A DNA stretch of 33,692 nucleotides from contig NIVC01004620.1 in the NCBI GenBank assembly GCA_002269645.1, positions 1 through 33,692 of the forward strand, read 5' to 3'. Below, one piece after another: positions 12,364 to 23,619 of this stretch. Numbering within the stretch: position 1 is the first letter of the stretch; each line of letters opens with the position of its first letter. A program made the position numbers and the translations under genes. The notes under the pieces were generated by a model that was not told the DNA's origin, made no database searches, and saw only the letters and a list, made by a program, of their open reading frames with translations. The DNA is from Macrostomum lignano. Lineage: Eukaryota.

Positions 12364-12616
12364 ATCCTGCGTTTTCGTTGTTTAATTCTAATTTAAATTG
12401 GCGCCAATAAGTTAAGACTTTGTTAATCCACCATAAAATGACTTAAACACATTAAAATTCGTCTTAGCAACTGTAAATCTTAGTTTTAAAGCTAAAACCA
12501 AGCATTTTGTGTGTTAAAAGATTAATTTTTAGTGGTTAAACGCGTTTAACAATGCGGCCATCCATTCGGCGCGAATTTGAATTTAAAAGTAGAATTTTTT
12601 AAACGAAAATGCAGGA
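12364..12616. mobile_element. MITE-like element with ~35-40 bp imperfect terminal inverted repeats
   Basis: ATCCTGCGTTTTCGTT..AATTCTA at 12364 is the inverse of TAGAATT..AACGAAAATGCAGGAT ending at 12616. No TSD was identified. Confidence 0.55.
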
Positions 12617-12800
12617 TTCGCAAAGTATCATTTATTGTTGATAAAAAGTCAATTAATTGTTCATCGGCAGCTTTCAGCTAGTCGCAGGTGAATTTTGCAA
12701 TTGAGACTGGATTCGATTGATTGCGTAACAGTGGGAACACCAAGTTGATCATTTTTCCGCACGTCGAACTACCAAGTGGGGATTCTGCCGGAACTAAGAC

Positions 12801-13240
12801 GCGCAGGCACACGAAATTCATGAGCACGTGCTAATTTTTTGTTGTGCTCCTTTTTCCAACAAGAATCAAGTCGCCAGCCCTCTGGGGGGCGTCGAGATAT
12901 TCAACAATTCTACCAGAAGATCAGCGGCCTTGCCAAGCCTCCAAATTTCATCAGCAAGTCGACCACATGTGTCTGCATCAGCTCTGCTTCGTTGGTCACT
13001 GGCCTTCACCCAGGAGGAACTTCTGGGTCATCAACAAGTGCCTTCATCAGAGCTGAGATACGAGTACATGTGATCGACGTGCTGATGAGATTTGGAGGCT
13101 TGGCAGGGCTGGGACTGGGACCTTCTGGCAGAATTGTTGAATATCTCGAATGTTCTGGCTCGCTGACGATTTCATTATTGTTTGAGAAGGTGCGCAACAG
13201 AACTTTAGCATGTGTACTTTCGAATTTCGTGTGCCTGCAC
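12801..13240 (+). ncRNA. Long imperfect fold-back; candidate long hairpin RNA / endo-siRNA precursor
   Basis: Arms of ~215 nt around a GAA loop (13017-13019). Perfect helices: 12803-12819/13222-13238, 12892-12911/13130-13149 and 12931-12946/13090-13105. Transcription is not shown. Confidence 0.5.
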
Positions 13241-15052
13241 CAAAAAATTGTAAGGGATATTTCCCCTTGAGCCAACTCAGGCTGGTTCAGGTGTCAGTTT
13301 GGAAAATATGCGACAGACTACTGACGCTCGTGTGCGAATCTTCATGTATGCCTGAATTATCTGTGAAAATGAGCAACCCAAAAATATAAGTGTGTACGTG
13401 CAGCATACGCCTAAATTTTATCCGTCCTTTTTGTGTCATTTTGTAAAAATATTATACCTTTTGTTTGTTTCTGTGATAACTTTATTAACTGAGGCAACAG
13501 TGTTGAATTGTAGGTGCTCGCTTGAGAGCTAGGCTGACAATATTTATTAGTTATAGCAATGAGGTGGTGGGTGCAGACAGATGCACGGGCGCATGGGGTG
13601 GGGTTGAATAGAATTCACTAAGTCGGTAAATAACAAACGCCACTGCTAGTGAGTCAACGAGTATGAGTACACACAAACTATTTGAAAGTCCATCGTGTCA
13701 CTATATCACAGTTTCAAAAGGCTTTATACTTTTAATTGAAGATTTTCTCTCTGCTATTCATTTTGTTTTTATAGAGAAATTCTGACGTGTAAATGTACAT
13801 GTACCAGCATATGACGTACAGCACTACATGTATATGTACTGCGTAACGATAGTGCGCTTACAAGACAAGGACTACTAGACTATATAACGAAGTGTTCCAG
13901 TGGTCCTTTGTTACAAGATTGAAGATGCATGGCTGACGCACGAGGTGTAATCATATTTGAATCAGTTATCATGTTCACTTACTATAGACTCAGTAAACTG
14001 TGTACGTTTTGCTTCTTAAGGAGAAGGCCAATCAACATAGGCAAAAATGCTGCAAAGATGCAACAATCATATTCAAATACATGTAGAAGATTATACGTAC
14101 ATGCTCCATGCTAACTAATGTCCAATGCCAAGGGTCTCTCCTTGCTTGATTGTTGATCGTAATTGCACCGAAGGCTTCATCATTGCGACTTCGCGATCTT
14201 TAATTGCAGGGTAATATAGCTCGTATACACGGCCGCGCCACCATGCAGATTGTCATGGCTGCAAGCGCACATGTATGTCAAGTTTTGGACATGCTTGCAG
14301 TAAAATCACATGTGTTTGATGTAGGCACGCCCTGGGCCTCCCCAGCACTAATATTATTTTTGCACACCTCCCCAGCTTCCTCCCTGTGATCCGGGTGTAC
14401 TCTGTCCATTATTTTAAAGTACATTATGGACATGTATAATTGTAGTGGAACATGGAAAATGTAAACATGCATGTCAGATAGTTTTATTTCATACATAAAT
14501 TGCCAAGAATCTCGATCAGATGGTAGTATAAAAAGAAACGAATAATTACTTTAGCAGCAGAACTATATTGTGCTTTATAAACCCAATTATAATAAGCGTT
14601 ACTTCACCTTTGCTCCTTAGAGATTGCTTAAGAAGCTCCAATGCCGTATTAGGTTCCAATGCCGTATCACTGGCTTCTTATTAATGTCTAATTGATTGAA
14701 GATGGAAATATACTAGTACATATATCTTTAAACGCAACGCTAAGAAAATAGCAAAGAAAATTTATGACAAATATATGTAAACTGCTGCTGTATAAAAACA
14801 GCTGTTTATTTTCTTTTGATATATCTGAAATAAATGTTCTAGAAGTTCTTGTGGCATTCGGTTTAAGTAATTTGATTTGTTAAAATGGACAAAGGTTCAT
14901 GCTACTTTCCTGGAAAAACTTTAAACACCTCTTCCTTCGCATAAACGATATCTACACCTGAAAATATATTTTTACATTCACGAAATACGAAGTCTGAAGT
15001 TCCTCAGTTTATTATACAATATTATCAATAAAAAATAAAACAATTGCTTAAA

Positions 15053-15164
15053 ATGTCTGCTAGCTTGAAAGTTCTTGCAAAAGGCCCATGCTTTAGCTCT
15101 GGACTTTTTAAGCACAAGATTCTGCGACTTGTTTCTCCAACTGTAGTTGCTCGAAGTGCCTCGT
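15053..15164 (+). CDS. NDUFB8: NDUFB8 exon 1, mitochondrial targeting presequence (MSASLKVLAKGPCFSSGLFKHKILRLVSPTVVARSAS)
   Basis: Basic, hydroxyl-rich peptide with no acidic residues; T|GTAAGT phase-1 donor. Splicing to 21316 gives ARSAS-Y-WDHDWQPGPYP, aligning with human ARTAS-HMTKDMFPGPYP. Confidence 0.8.
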
Positions 15165-15483
15165 GTAAGTATTTTATTTTCATAATCCCTGCTGCTAGAT
15201 CGTTCATCAAGTTTCAAATGGCCTATCTATCGTTTGTAATGTTAGATAGGAAAGAGAACATAAAAATTATTTGAAACACATACAGGCCTAGACCCTAGTC
15301 ATAATTACATTAAGCTACTGTGTTGATATATCTAATTCTAGATTCTTCAGACTTCATTCTACTTCACTTTCTAATTACCAAGCTCTGTGTAGCCCCCAAA
15401 TTTTAGACACTAAAATAGTGCGGTAGTGTCTAAGTAGTGTCTAGGTTATCTATATTGTTCAAGTGCCAGGATGGAATTCGGTT

Positions 15484-15586
15484 ATCTTCAAGTTTCGTTC
15501 GTTTAATTCCAACACCCACCCCCCACCACCCTTGAATAGAGGGCGAAATAATTCCGGAAATAATTAAACGAACGAAACTTGAAGAT
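15484..15586. repeat. Perfect 25-bp inverted repeat with a 53-nt spacer
   Basis: ATCTTCAAGTTTCGTTCGTTTAATT (15484-15508) and its exact reverse complement (15562-15586). Confidence 0.9.
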
Positions 15587-15590
15587 TGCC

Positions 15591-16055
15591 TGGAATTCTT
15601 GCACAAAAATTGCAACACATTTTTGCATTCGGGAAAAAAAATTGCAAAAAATTGTGCAACGCAAAAAAAATGTGCACCTGTACAGGCTGCAAAAAATGCA
15701 ACAAAAATTGTGAATTTTTTGCGATTGTTTGCACAGTTTAAATTACTGACTTTACTATTTTTAATCTAGAATTACTACAAAAATGTAACATTTATAGTTC
15801 ATTATTTATGAACTGTTCAAATTTAAAATTCTCTACTTAAAAAACAAAGATAATCAGTTTAATATTTATTGTAACAAGTCATCAAAAAATGCAAGAATAA
15901 GACTATCGCAAAACATTATTTTGACAATTGGTAATGCTAAAAATTGTGCGACTAAATTTTGTTTAGGATTGTAAAATTGCGTTTGGTTTAATATGGAATT
16001 GCGCACCAAAAAAAGTTGCAATTTTCTGTTTTATATGCCAGATGCAAGAATTCCA
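15591..16055. mobile_element. MITE-like element with 13-bp TIR TGGAATTCTTGCA and AAAATTG(T)GCAAC subterminal repeats
   Basis: 15591-15603 is the exact inverse of 16043-16055, with repeated subterminal motifs inside. The TSD is not clear. Confidence 0.55.
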
Positions 16056-16150
16056 TGCTGGTTCAAGTGTAAACTATGATAAATTGACTATTTTATTAAT
16101 AGGCCTATAGGCCTACTTCTTCACTGGTATATATGTATCTTTGAGACAGG

Positions 16151-16512
16151 GGGGGGCCGTAGCCCAGGGGTAGCGCAGCTGCTCTGGTGTGCCGTAACCC
16201 AGGCTCGATTCCAAGTGCAGCCACATTAATTTGGGGCTGGATTGGAATCTTGGCTTGGCTCGCTTGTGCAATTAACGGCCTTGAGAGCCAACCCCCCCCC
16301 CCAAGGCGCAGTGAAGTGTACATGCCTAACAATTGATAAAGTTAGGGCCGCTGTACACTCCTGTGTGAGTGTGTGCCTGCGTAACGTATCCGCGCGCTTG
16401 TATGCCTGCTCAAGGGAGTCGGCGGAATGGGCAGTAATGCCTCTCGCCGGTTGTGTGCCAATGACGCTTAAATTGCGCCAGGGTGCACACAACCCCCCTG
16501 CCTCTAATAAAA
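16151..16512 (+). mobile_element. tRNA-derived SINE with a 14-bp target-site duplication
   Basis: A-box-like TAGCCCAGGGGTAG, B-box-like GGCTCGATTCC and an A-rich tail AATAAAA. ATCTTTGAGACAGG is repeated at 16137-16150 and 16513-16526. Confidence 0.85.
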
Positions 16513-16890
16513 ATCTTTGAGACAGGAACCAGGTAATTTGGCGACAGGTTGACTTGGCGACAGGCAATTCAGCAACAAGTCAATTCAGCAACAGTCAGTT
16601 TGGCCACATACAACCAAGGAGTGGTTAAAACAGAGGGGCAGTTAAGTTGTCATCCATTGTGTTGTGTTTTCATGTTAAATAAGCCAAAGTGGTAAGCCTC
16701 ACATACCACACATATAGCTCGTACATATACTATGCTTTTCCTGGTGTGTTACATATGCTTATAGTAAAACAAATGTTGAGACCCTAAGAACAATTGTTGA
16801 ACAGACTATCAAAAATCCTGGTTGAATTGTGTATTTTGTAATGATCGTGAATTACATATACATGTGTACATGTACTTCTCTAATCACGTA

Positions 16891-18026
16891 GAGGTGCTTT
16901 CACAAGGTCGAAATTTCACAACATTGAAAACTCTAGCAGAAGACTTCATAAGGTCGAAATTTCACAACATCAAAAACTCTAGCAGAAGACTTAATAATTG
17001 TAAGCCTTCAAGGCTTTTCTATATCCTATTGTTGTTTAGTAGGCCTATATATGTTGTAGGTGTTTTTCTGTTTGTCACTTAGTCTAATTTATCCTAACCA
17101 GTCATTGCCAAAGTTATAGGGCTTTTTTTTCTTTTCAAAGTTTTTCTCTTTTCCCCTAAATTTATCCTACTTCTGATACCAAATTTTAGGTGCTTTTTAC
17201 TGCTCTAATTCCAAAATGCTTCTCAACTATATAGCTAAACTTACAGCTTATGTAAACTAACCCATCGTCCCAGTAGTCATAAGACACTTAGCAGAGCACT
17301 CAGCACTCCTTGACGTTGAACTACTTAAAGAAGAGGTGATTAAAAACATCTGAAACAAAGCTATTAAAACAAAAAAATAATAATATAAACATTAACACAA
17401 TAAAGACTTTATTTTTCTACATTGTAAAATTTTGATATTTTCATACTTGAAGCTGTTAAATTCTCAGTTTTTACATTGTAAAATTTTGATCTTATGAAAG
17501 TGGCTGCTATTTGAGTTTTTGACCTTGTGAAATTTCGACCTTATGAAGTCTCTTGCTAAAGTTTTCAATGTTGTGAAATTTCGATCTTGTGAAATTTCGA
17601 CCTTATGAAGTCTCTTGCTAAAGTTTTCAATGTTGTGAAATTTCTACCTTATGAAAGTGGCTGCTTTTCAAGTTTTCAATGTTGTGAAATTTCGACCTTG
17701 TGAAATTTCGACCTTATGAAAGTGGCTGCTTTTCGAGTTTTCGATGTTGTGAAATTTTGACCTTGTGAAATTTCTACCTTGTGAAAGTGGCTGCTTTTCG
17801 AGTTTTCAATGTTGTGAAATTTTGACCTTGTGAAATTTCGACCTTATGAAGTCTCTTGCTAAAGTTTTCAATGTTGTGAAATTTTGACCTTGTGAAATTT
17901 CGACCTTATGAAAGTGGCTGCTTTTCGAGTTTTTGATGTTATGAAATTTTGACCTTGTGAAATTTCAACCTTATGAAAGAGTGTGCTTTCAACATTGTGA
18001 AATTTCGAGTTTGTGAAACCCCCCCC
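16891..18026. mobile_element. Non-autonomous DNA transposon with G-rich TIRs, inverted TTGTGAAATTTCGACC subterminal arrays and a perfect 8-bp TSD
   Basis: ATCACGTA at 16883-16890 and 18027-18034. The ends GAGGTGCTTTCACAA and TTGTGAAACCCCCCCC are inverse-related, and the arrays at 16897-16990 and 17490-18020 are mutually inverted. Confidence 0.8.
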
Positions 18027-18094
18027 ATCACGTAAACTACGTCAACTTATATGGTTGATTGCCTTTGACACGGTTGTCCCTACTCCGTTGGGAC

Positions 18095-18270
18095 CAGTGG
18101 CAGATTTAAAGGGGGGAGGTGCACAGGGCGCGCACCCCCATTGAGTCTGATTTTATTTATTTTTTATATGCTAAATATGCAATATCGTGTACATATACAT
18201 GTACATAATATACACTTATAAGTACCTTTAGTAATCTGCATGTCCCCCATTCAAAATTTTCTGGATCCAT
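18095..18270. mobile_element. Decayed MITE of the CAGTGGCGGAT..GGGG / CCCC..CTGGATCC type
   Basis: Left end CAGTGGCAGATTTAAAGGGGGG; right end CCCCCATTCAAAATTTTCTGGATCC is degenerate. Confidence 0.4.
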
Positions 18271-20847
18271 ATGTACCTGGTCTGGACAAGTCTAAGACTG
18301 CTAAGGGGGCATATGCATGCACCTCTTTGAAAACGTGTTATTCGGCATGATTAAAACAAAATATTACCTTATTTTGTAGACCATGTCACTGCAGAAGAAA
18401 GATTAAGGCTCTGAAAGAGCCCGTTGCTTCTATATATTTAGCAAGCAACGAAGACCCTTGAGGGTCTCATACACTGTTACGCAAAGCAAAAGGGGCAAAG
18501 GGAAAAGGAAGGAATGAACAAGCAAGCACTGGGTGACGCATCAAAACAAAGAAAATTCCTACCCCACTTCCCCCTCAACCCCTCTCACACAACACAACTA
18601 CACTGTATATAATTACACCTTACTTGAATGGCAAGGACTATATAATGACTATATGAGTAATGCAATATTTTAAATTTTAACGAGTGTTGTATATAGCTTT
18701 CTTTAACCTTCAGCATTCACCAAATTGCCTTTCGCGGAACTGACTTGTTGCCGAATTGGTTGTCGCTGAATTAGCTTGTCGCTGAATTAACTGGAAGCCC
18801 TTTAAGACTAGCTATCATTTACTTTTGTTGCTTTTTTAAATTATTTTCTTAAAAATTTGCAATTCAAAAGTATGCAGACCATAGTGCAGAAGGATGTCCA
18901 TGTATGACAGAATATAAATTAAAATTTTGGCTTGTTGTACGACAGTACAACATTGATTGAAAAATGTTACCACTGGTGTACGATAAGAAAAAAATGCGAA
19001 CATAAAAATAAATAATTTAAATATATTCTAATTTTTTAGAAAGTGCAAAGTAAAACAACAATTATGTTGTTATTTACTGACTGCATACAATGCACATCAG
19101 TTAGAAAGACAAAACAAATATGAAAGTTTTCTTACGCATGAATTTTTTAATTTTTTTTTCGTTGGCAACAGTGCCATGGTGAATGAGTTTTAAATATGAA
19201 AATGACTTACAGCTGTACAGTTAACAGAAAAAATACTTTGCTATGTATGACTCATGTATGACTACAATAGTATAAAATATAGCACCCCCAAAAAAAAGTG
19301 ATGTACGATATGTATGACAGTTGATCCTTGTCTACAACAGAAATTTCTATCATATACCCATACTTCTGCACTATGGTATGCAAAGTGATGTAGGCCTAGC
19401 TTAAAAGATTTGTTTCTAACTCTAGCATAAAGTCTAAGACTAAAGAGTCTAGATCCTGCTGGGTATATGCCCAAACAAAAATTAAATTGTTACTAATACA
19501 TGTCAAAATTTCAATATACACCTATATTCAAATTCTAGGCTAGTAATATAACAATAAATGATCTTTTTTGCATTGTGTAAAAGACCTTTTTTGGCTAATA
19601 ATTTGGTTGTTTTTTGGTTATACATAGTTTAGCTAATAACTTTCTTGCCTATACTATTAACAGCAAAAAACAATATATATAAACATTTTTTAAATGCTTT
19701 ATTACACCTTAGAAACCTAAAAGCTAAAAATTTATGTTTCAAAATGAGCTTTTCTATCTTTTTTCCATTTAACATTAACTCTTCTATATGATTAGAAAAA
19801 ATATGGTTAATTTTTTACTAAATCATAAAATGTTTTCTATAACTTTTTTGTTTTACTTTTAACTTTTTAGAAAAGTTAAACATGATTTTTTAATTTAGTT
19901 TTTCATTTTTTTTAATCAAAACTTTGCTATTCTAACTATATACATTGTCATAAAGAATATTGCAAGCTTGAACTTAATCATTTTTTGTACACTAACTGTG
20001 TATATTCTTTGGGACTTAGAACTTTGGTCCCATCTGCTATCTTGGTGATCTCTATATGCTAAGCTAATACTAAGAAGGTATGCTAAGTATACTATATAAA
20101 AAGATATACTAAGAAGGCATACTAGGCCCCTCTGTATACCAAGTTATACATCAATGATATACTCTAGGTCTTTTTGTAAGCTAGAAAATTCTGGCATACA
20201 TGTATACTATCCAGAGTCTAAGAATTGGGTGGTTTGAATTAGTCAATACTTAGTCTATATCTAGTAAATGCAATAGAATTATAACTCAAGCTATTAGTAT
20301 TATACAATTCAATTATCTTAATGCACAATTGAAAAGATGGCTGGCCTCCCACCTGCACTTATGTCCTTTTATCAAAGGACTACCCATTTATTAGTTTTAT
20401 TAGTTGATAGTTCACCATCTCTGTTGAAACTTATTTTTTAAATCTTTCCATTAAATCTCCATAGTCTATAGCTCCTGTAGCTACATAGTCAGGAATGTGG
20501 CCTTTGCCATGGACACATTTGGCACACACAAGGAGTCGAAAATGCACTCAGCACATAATCATGGTGCACATATGGGATTCACAATGCTCTTGGTGCACAA
20601 TCACGGTGCATGCAAATGGTCTCTGATGCACTTGGCGCATGATCATGGTAGATATTGAGATCTCTAGTGCATGTGGGGCATAAATTTTTTGGCAAAATTA
20701 TTATAAAACACAATTATTGGTTAATCTAACTTGCACTTTATAAATGTATAATTTCTACCTATGTTTAATAGGCTTACATCCTGATATTTTGGCAAAAAAT
20801 GTTTCTGTAAACAGATTTTTAAAGGTTCATTTAAGATCATTTAAGCA

Positions 20848-21231
20848 CTAATCCATCAGAGCCATCATCCTTTAAAAGCACTAATCCTTCAGAGCCATCA
20901 CCTTTAAAAGCACTAATCCATCAGAGCCATCATCCTTTAAAAGCACTAATCCTTCAGAGCCATCACCCTTTAAAAGCACTAATCCATCAGAGCCATCATC
21001 CTTTAAAAGCACTAATCCATCAGAGCCATCATCCTTTAAAAGCACTAATCCTTCAGAGCCATCACCCTTTAAAAGCACTAATCCATCAGAGCCATCACCC
21101 TTTAAAAGCACTAATCCTTCAGAGCCATCACCCTTTAAAAGCACTAATCCATCAGAGCCATCACCCTTTAAAAGCACTAATCCATCAGAGCCATCACCCT
21201 TTAAAAGCACTAATCCACCCTTTAAAAGCAC
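20848..21231. repeat. 33-bp tandem repeat (TAATCCATCAGAGCCATCACCCTTTAAAAGCAC)n near the 3' end of the NDUFB8 intron
   Basis: Direct reading, ~11 copies. Confidence 0.95.
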
Positions 21232-21315
21232 TTATCTCTAAGGTCCATCGCCTTGTATGCAAACAAGAATGCAAAAAATTCACATTCACATATTCACAAC
21301 TACCCAACCTCGCAG

Positions 21316-21776
21316 ACTGGGACCACGACTGGCAGCCGGGTCCATATCCGCGCACCAAGGAGGAGCGCGACCGTGCCGCTAAGCGATACGGCCTGCTGCC
21401 CGAAGACTACGAGCCATTCCCAGACGACGGCAACGCGCCTGGTGACTACCCAAATCTGCCAGCCTACTCCGCTCACCACCGGGATCTGTTTGCTAACTAT
21501 GAGCACAGACAGCTCACTAGGCACTATGGCGAGCCCATGCACATCAATGCCGAGCTGTACAGACTGGGCTTTGTGGATCCGAACAATGCGGACTATTGGC
21601 ACTGGCGGATGCCGTATTGGAAACAGCTGCTACTGCTTATCACCGCTGTGGCCAGCGTGTTCGGCCTGCTGTCCATCGGCAATCGGTATCGCTATTTCCC
21701 CCCAGTGATGGCTAAGCAGTTTCCCTATGATAAGAAGGGACAGAAGCACTATTTGTTTGAGCCGGCCGATGAGTAA
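21316..21776 (+). CDS. NDUFB8: NDUFB8 exon 2, NADH:ubiquinone oxidoreductase subunit B8 (ASHI)
   Basis: PGPYPRTKEERDRAAKRYGLLPEDYEPFPDDG..GDYPNLP..GEPMH..KQFPY matches the NDUFB8 family; cgcag acceptor at 21311-21315. Confidence 0.93.
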
Positions 21777-22079
21777 TTCTCTGAACTTCAGCAAGTCTGT
21801 AGCTTGTTTAAATCATTGACTTAAACTGACACTCTCAGTTCCCCCTCCCCCCAAAACTAGATTGCACCATTTACTTGTTGATAGTGGCAGTGTAGTTGTG
21901 CTTATAAATATACAAATAGCGATATAAATATTCATCTGCAGTGCGAGTGTGCTATAGAAAATAAGAACTAATCGCCCTAGTTTGATCTTTTCTTGTCTTT
22001 TTTATTCGAAGATTAACAAGAATTTTTACGTTTCGTAGGGTACGAGAACTTCTCGCTTCTACAGGTACCAGAGCCAATA

Positions 22080-22618
22080 CATCATTTTACCTCCTATTTT
22101 GAACAAAGTCTTGTTCAAAAGAAACAAGCAGAACTTTAATTCAAACACTAATAAATAACAGCCCTTGCGGAAATTCAAATCAAACAAAGTCCCTTTCTAT
22201 TGAAACAGAAGAACTTCCATTCAGACTGTCTGTGGCCAAAATTGTCCCCGAGTTGACGCGCACGCGCTAACTTGAAATTCAAAAGAAACAAAGTCACATT
22301 CTATTTCGACAGAGATTTTCGCACATAGATACAAGTACATTTTAGAACATTAATCTAACTTTTTTGTTTTTTTCTGTACTGCATAACTGTACAATCGTTG
22401 CACAGCAAGAAACGATATGAATGCTGAAGATCAGATTGAAGAAGACGAATTGCTGGAAGAAGGTGGAATCAATGAATTTGAAGCAGAATTCGATGAAGAT
22501 ATCATGGAACAGCAGCCTTGGCAGTGCGCTATTGTTTAAGCAACAGTGACAGAGACCGTATCATCAGGGCTGCTGATTGTTGGGGATGACTTTGTTCAAA
22601 ATAGGAGGTAAAATGGTG
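22080..22618. mobile_element. 539-bp MITE with 31-bp TIRs and a TA duplication (Tc1/mariner-type insertion signature), inserted in the first unit of the adjacent 32-bp array
   Basis: CATCATTTTACCTCCTATTTTGAACAAAGTC (22080-22110) matches the inverse of 22588-22618 at 30/31. TA is present at 22078-22079 and 22619-22620. Confidence 0.88.
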
Positions 22619-22632
22619 TACTAGTGGCGAAG

Positions 22633-23012
22633 ACAGGTACCAGAGCCAATACTAGTGGCGAAGGCAGGTACCAGAGCCAATATGAGTGACACAGGGCAGG
22701 TACCAGAGCCAATATGAGTGACACAGGGCAGGTACCAGAGCCAATATGAGTGACACAGGGCAGGTACCAGAGCCAATATGAGTGACACAGGGCAGGTACC
22801 AGAGCCAATATGAGTGAAACAGGGCAGGTACCAGAGCCAATATGAGTGACACAGGGCAGGTACCAGAGCCAATATGAGTGACACAGGGCAGGTACCAGAG
22901 CCAATATGAGTGACACAGGGCAGGTACCAGAGACAATATGAGTGACACAGGGCAGGTACCAGAGCCAATATGAGTGACACAGGGCAGGTACCAGAGCCAA
23001 TATGAGTGACAC
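22633..23012. repeat. 32-bp tandem repeat (CAGGTACCAGAGCCAATATGAGTGACACAGGG)n, between the convergent NDUFB8 and VWA5A-like genes
   Basis: Period 32 (22697, 22729), ~11 copies. Confidence 0.95.
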
Positions 23013-23619
23013 AGTACGACACTACGAGTATGCCACATACGAGTGCCAATATGAGTGTCAGCTTGATATTAGAAACTGACTAAGACCAACGAGAAGGCGA
23101 AATCAGCACCAATTATGATTTTACAATCCATTACCGGTATACTGGTATAATATTGGTATTTATTATAAGTAATATTGAACACGGCAAATGGTTGGTTTGT
23201 TTTTAGTGAATAAATATGTAGCTGAAAAAGAGATCAGGAGTGGTTTTATTTAAATAATGTACATTATTATTGGAACAAATTTTGACATCAAACACGAATG
23301 ATAAAAAAATAAAAAAACGACATGGCTGCGTCATAAATTAATTGAGCAGCAGCGCTCGTGCGCCTGGGTCTGGTTATAAAAGTACAAAACAACTCTGGAA
23401 TAATCTATATATTGTGTATATTGTCTGGTTAAGCCACGCAAAATTTTACTTAAAAAGTGAAATTTGTCAATAAAAAACTGGAGACTGATGAAATACTAAT
23501 CAGAATATTGGTAGGTTGAAAAAACTATAGTGCTCTTGAGTACAAAAATTGTTTCAATCGTTAATGAAAATGATTGTTCCGAACAACCTTCCGTTGAGTC
23601 CTCTCTGCCTGCCTCAGTT

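Larger units (their letters stand above)
16524..18800. mobile_element. Non-autonomous DNA transposon with inverted subterminal AATTCAGC(A/G)ACAAG arrays; host of nested insertions
   Basis: Inverted motif arrays at 16531-16610 and 18720-18800. Flanks TTTGAGAC (16516-16523) and TTTAAGAC (18801-18808) form a 7/8-matching 8-bp TSD. Confidence 0.55.

Noticed and set aside
12839-13270. 143-aa ORF running through the long hairpin
   Set aside because: It has a TTG start and no recognisable domain. Arm-to-arm substitutions show no consistent synonymous bias, and indels break frame equivalence between the arms.
14235-14389. 49-codon ORF behind a perfect GCCACCATG Kozak context
   Set aside because: No recognisable homology or supporting gene structure; one such match is compatible with chance.
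21253-21708. 151-aa ORF overlapping NDUFB8
   Set aside because: It is an alternative frame of the real exon with no recognisable protein signal.
22061-22652. 20-bp direct repeat suggesting a LINE-type TSD around 22081-22632
   Set aside because: It is explained by a TA-flanked MITE inserted into the first unit of the 32-bp array.
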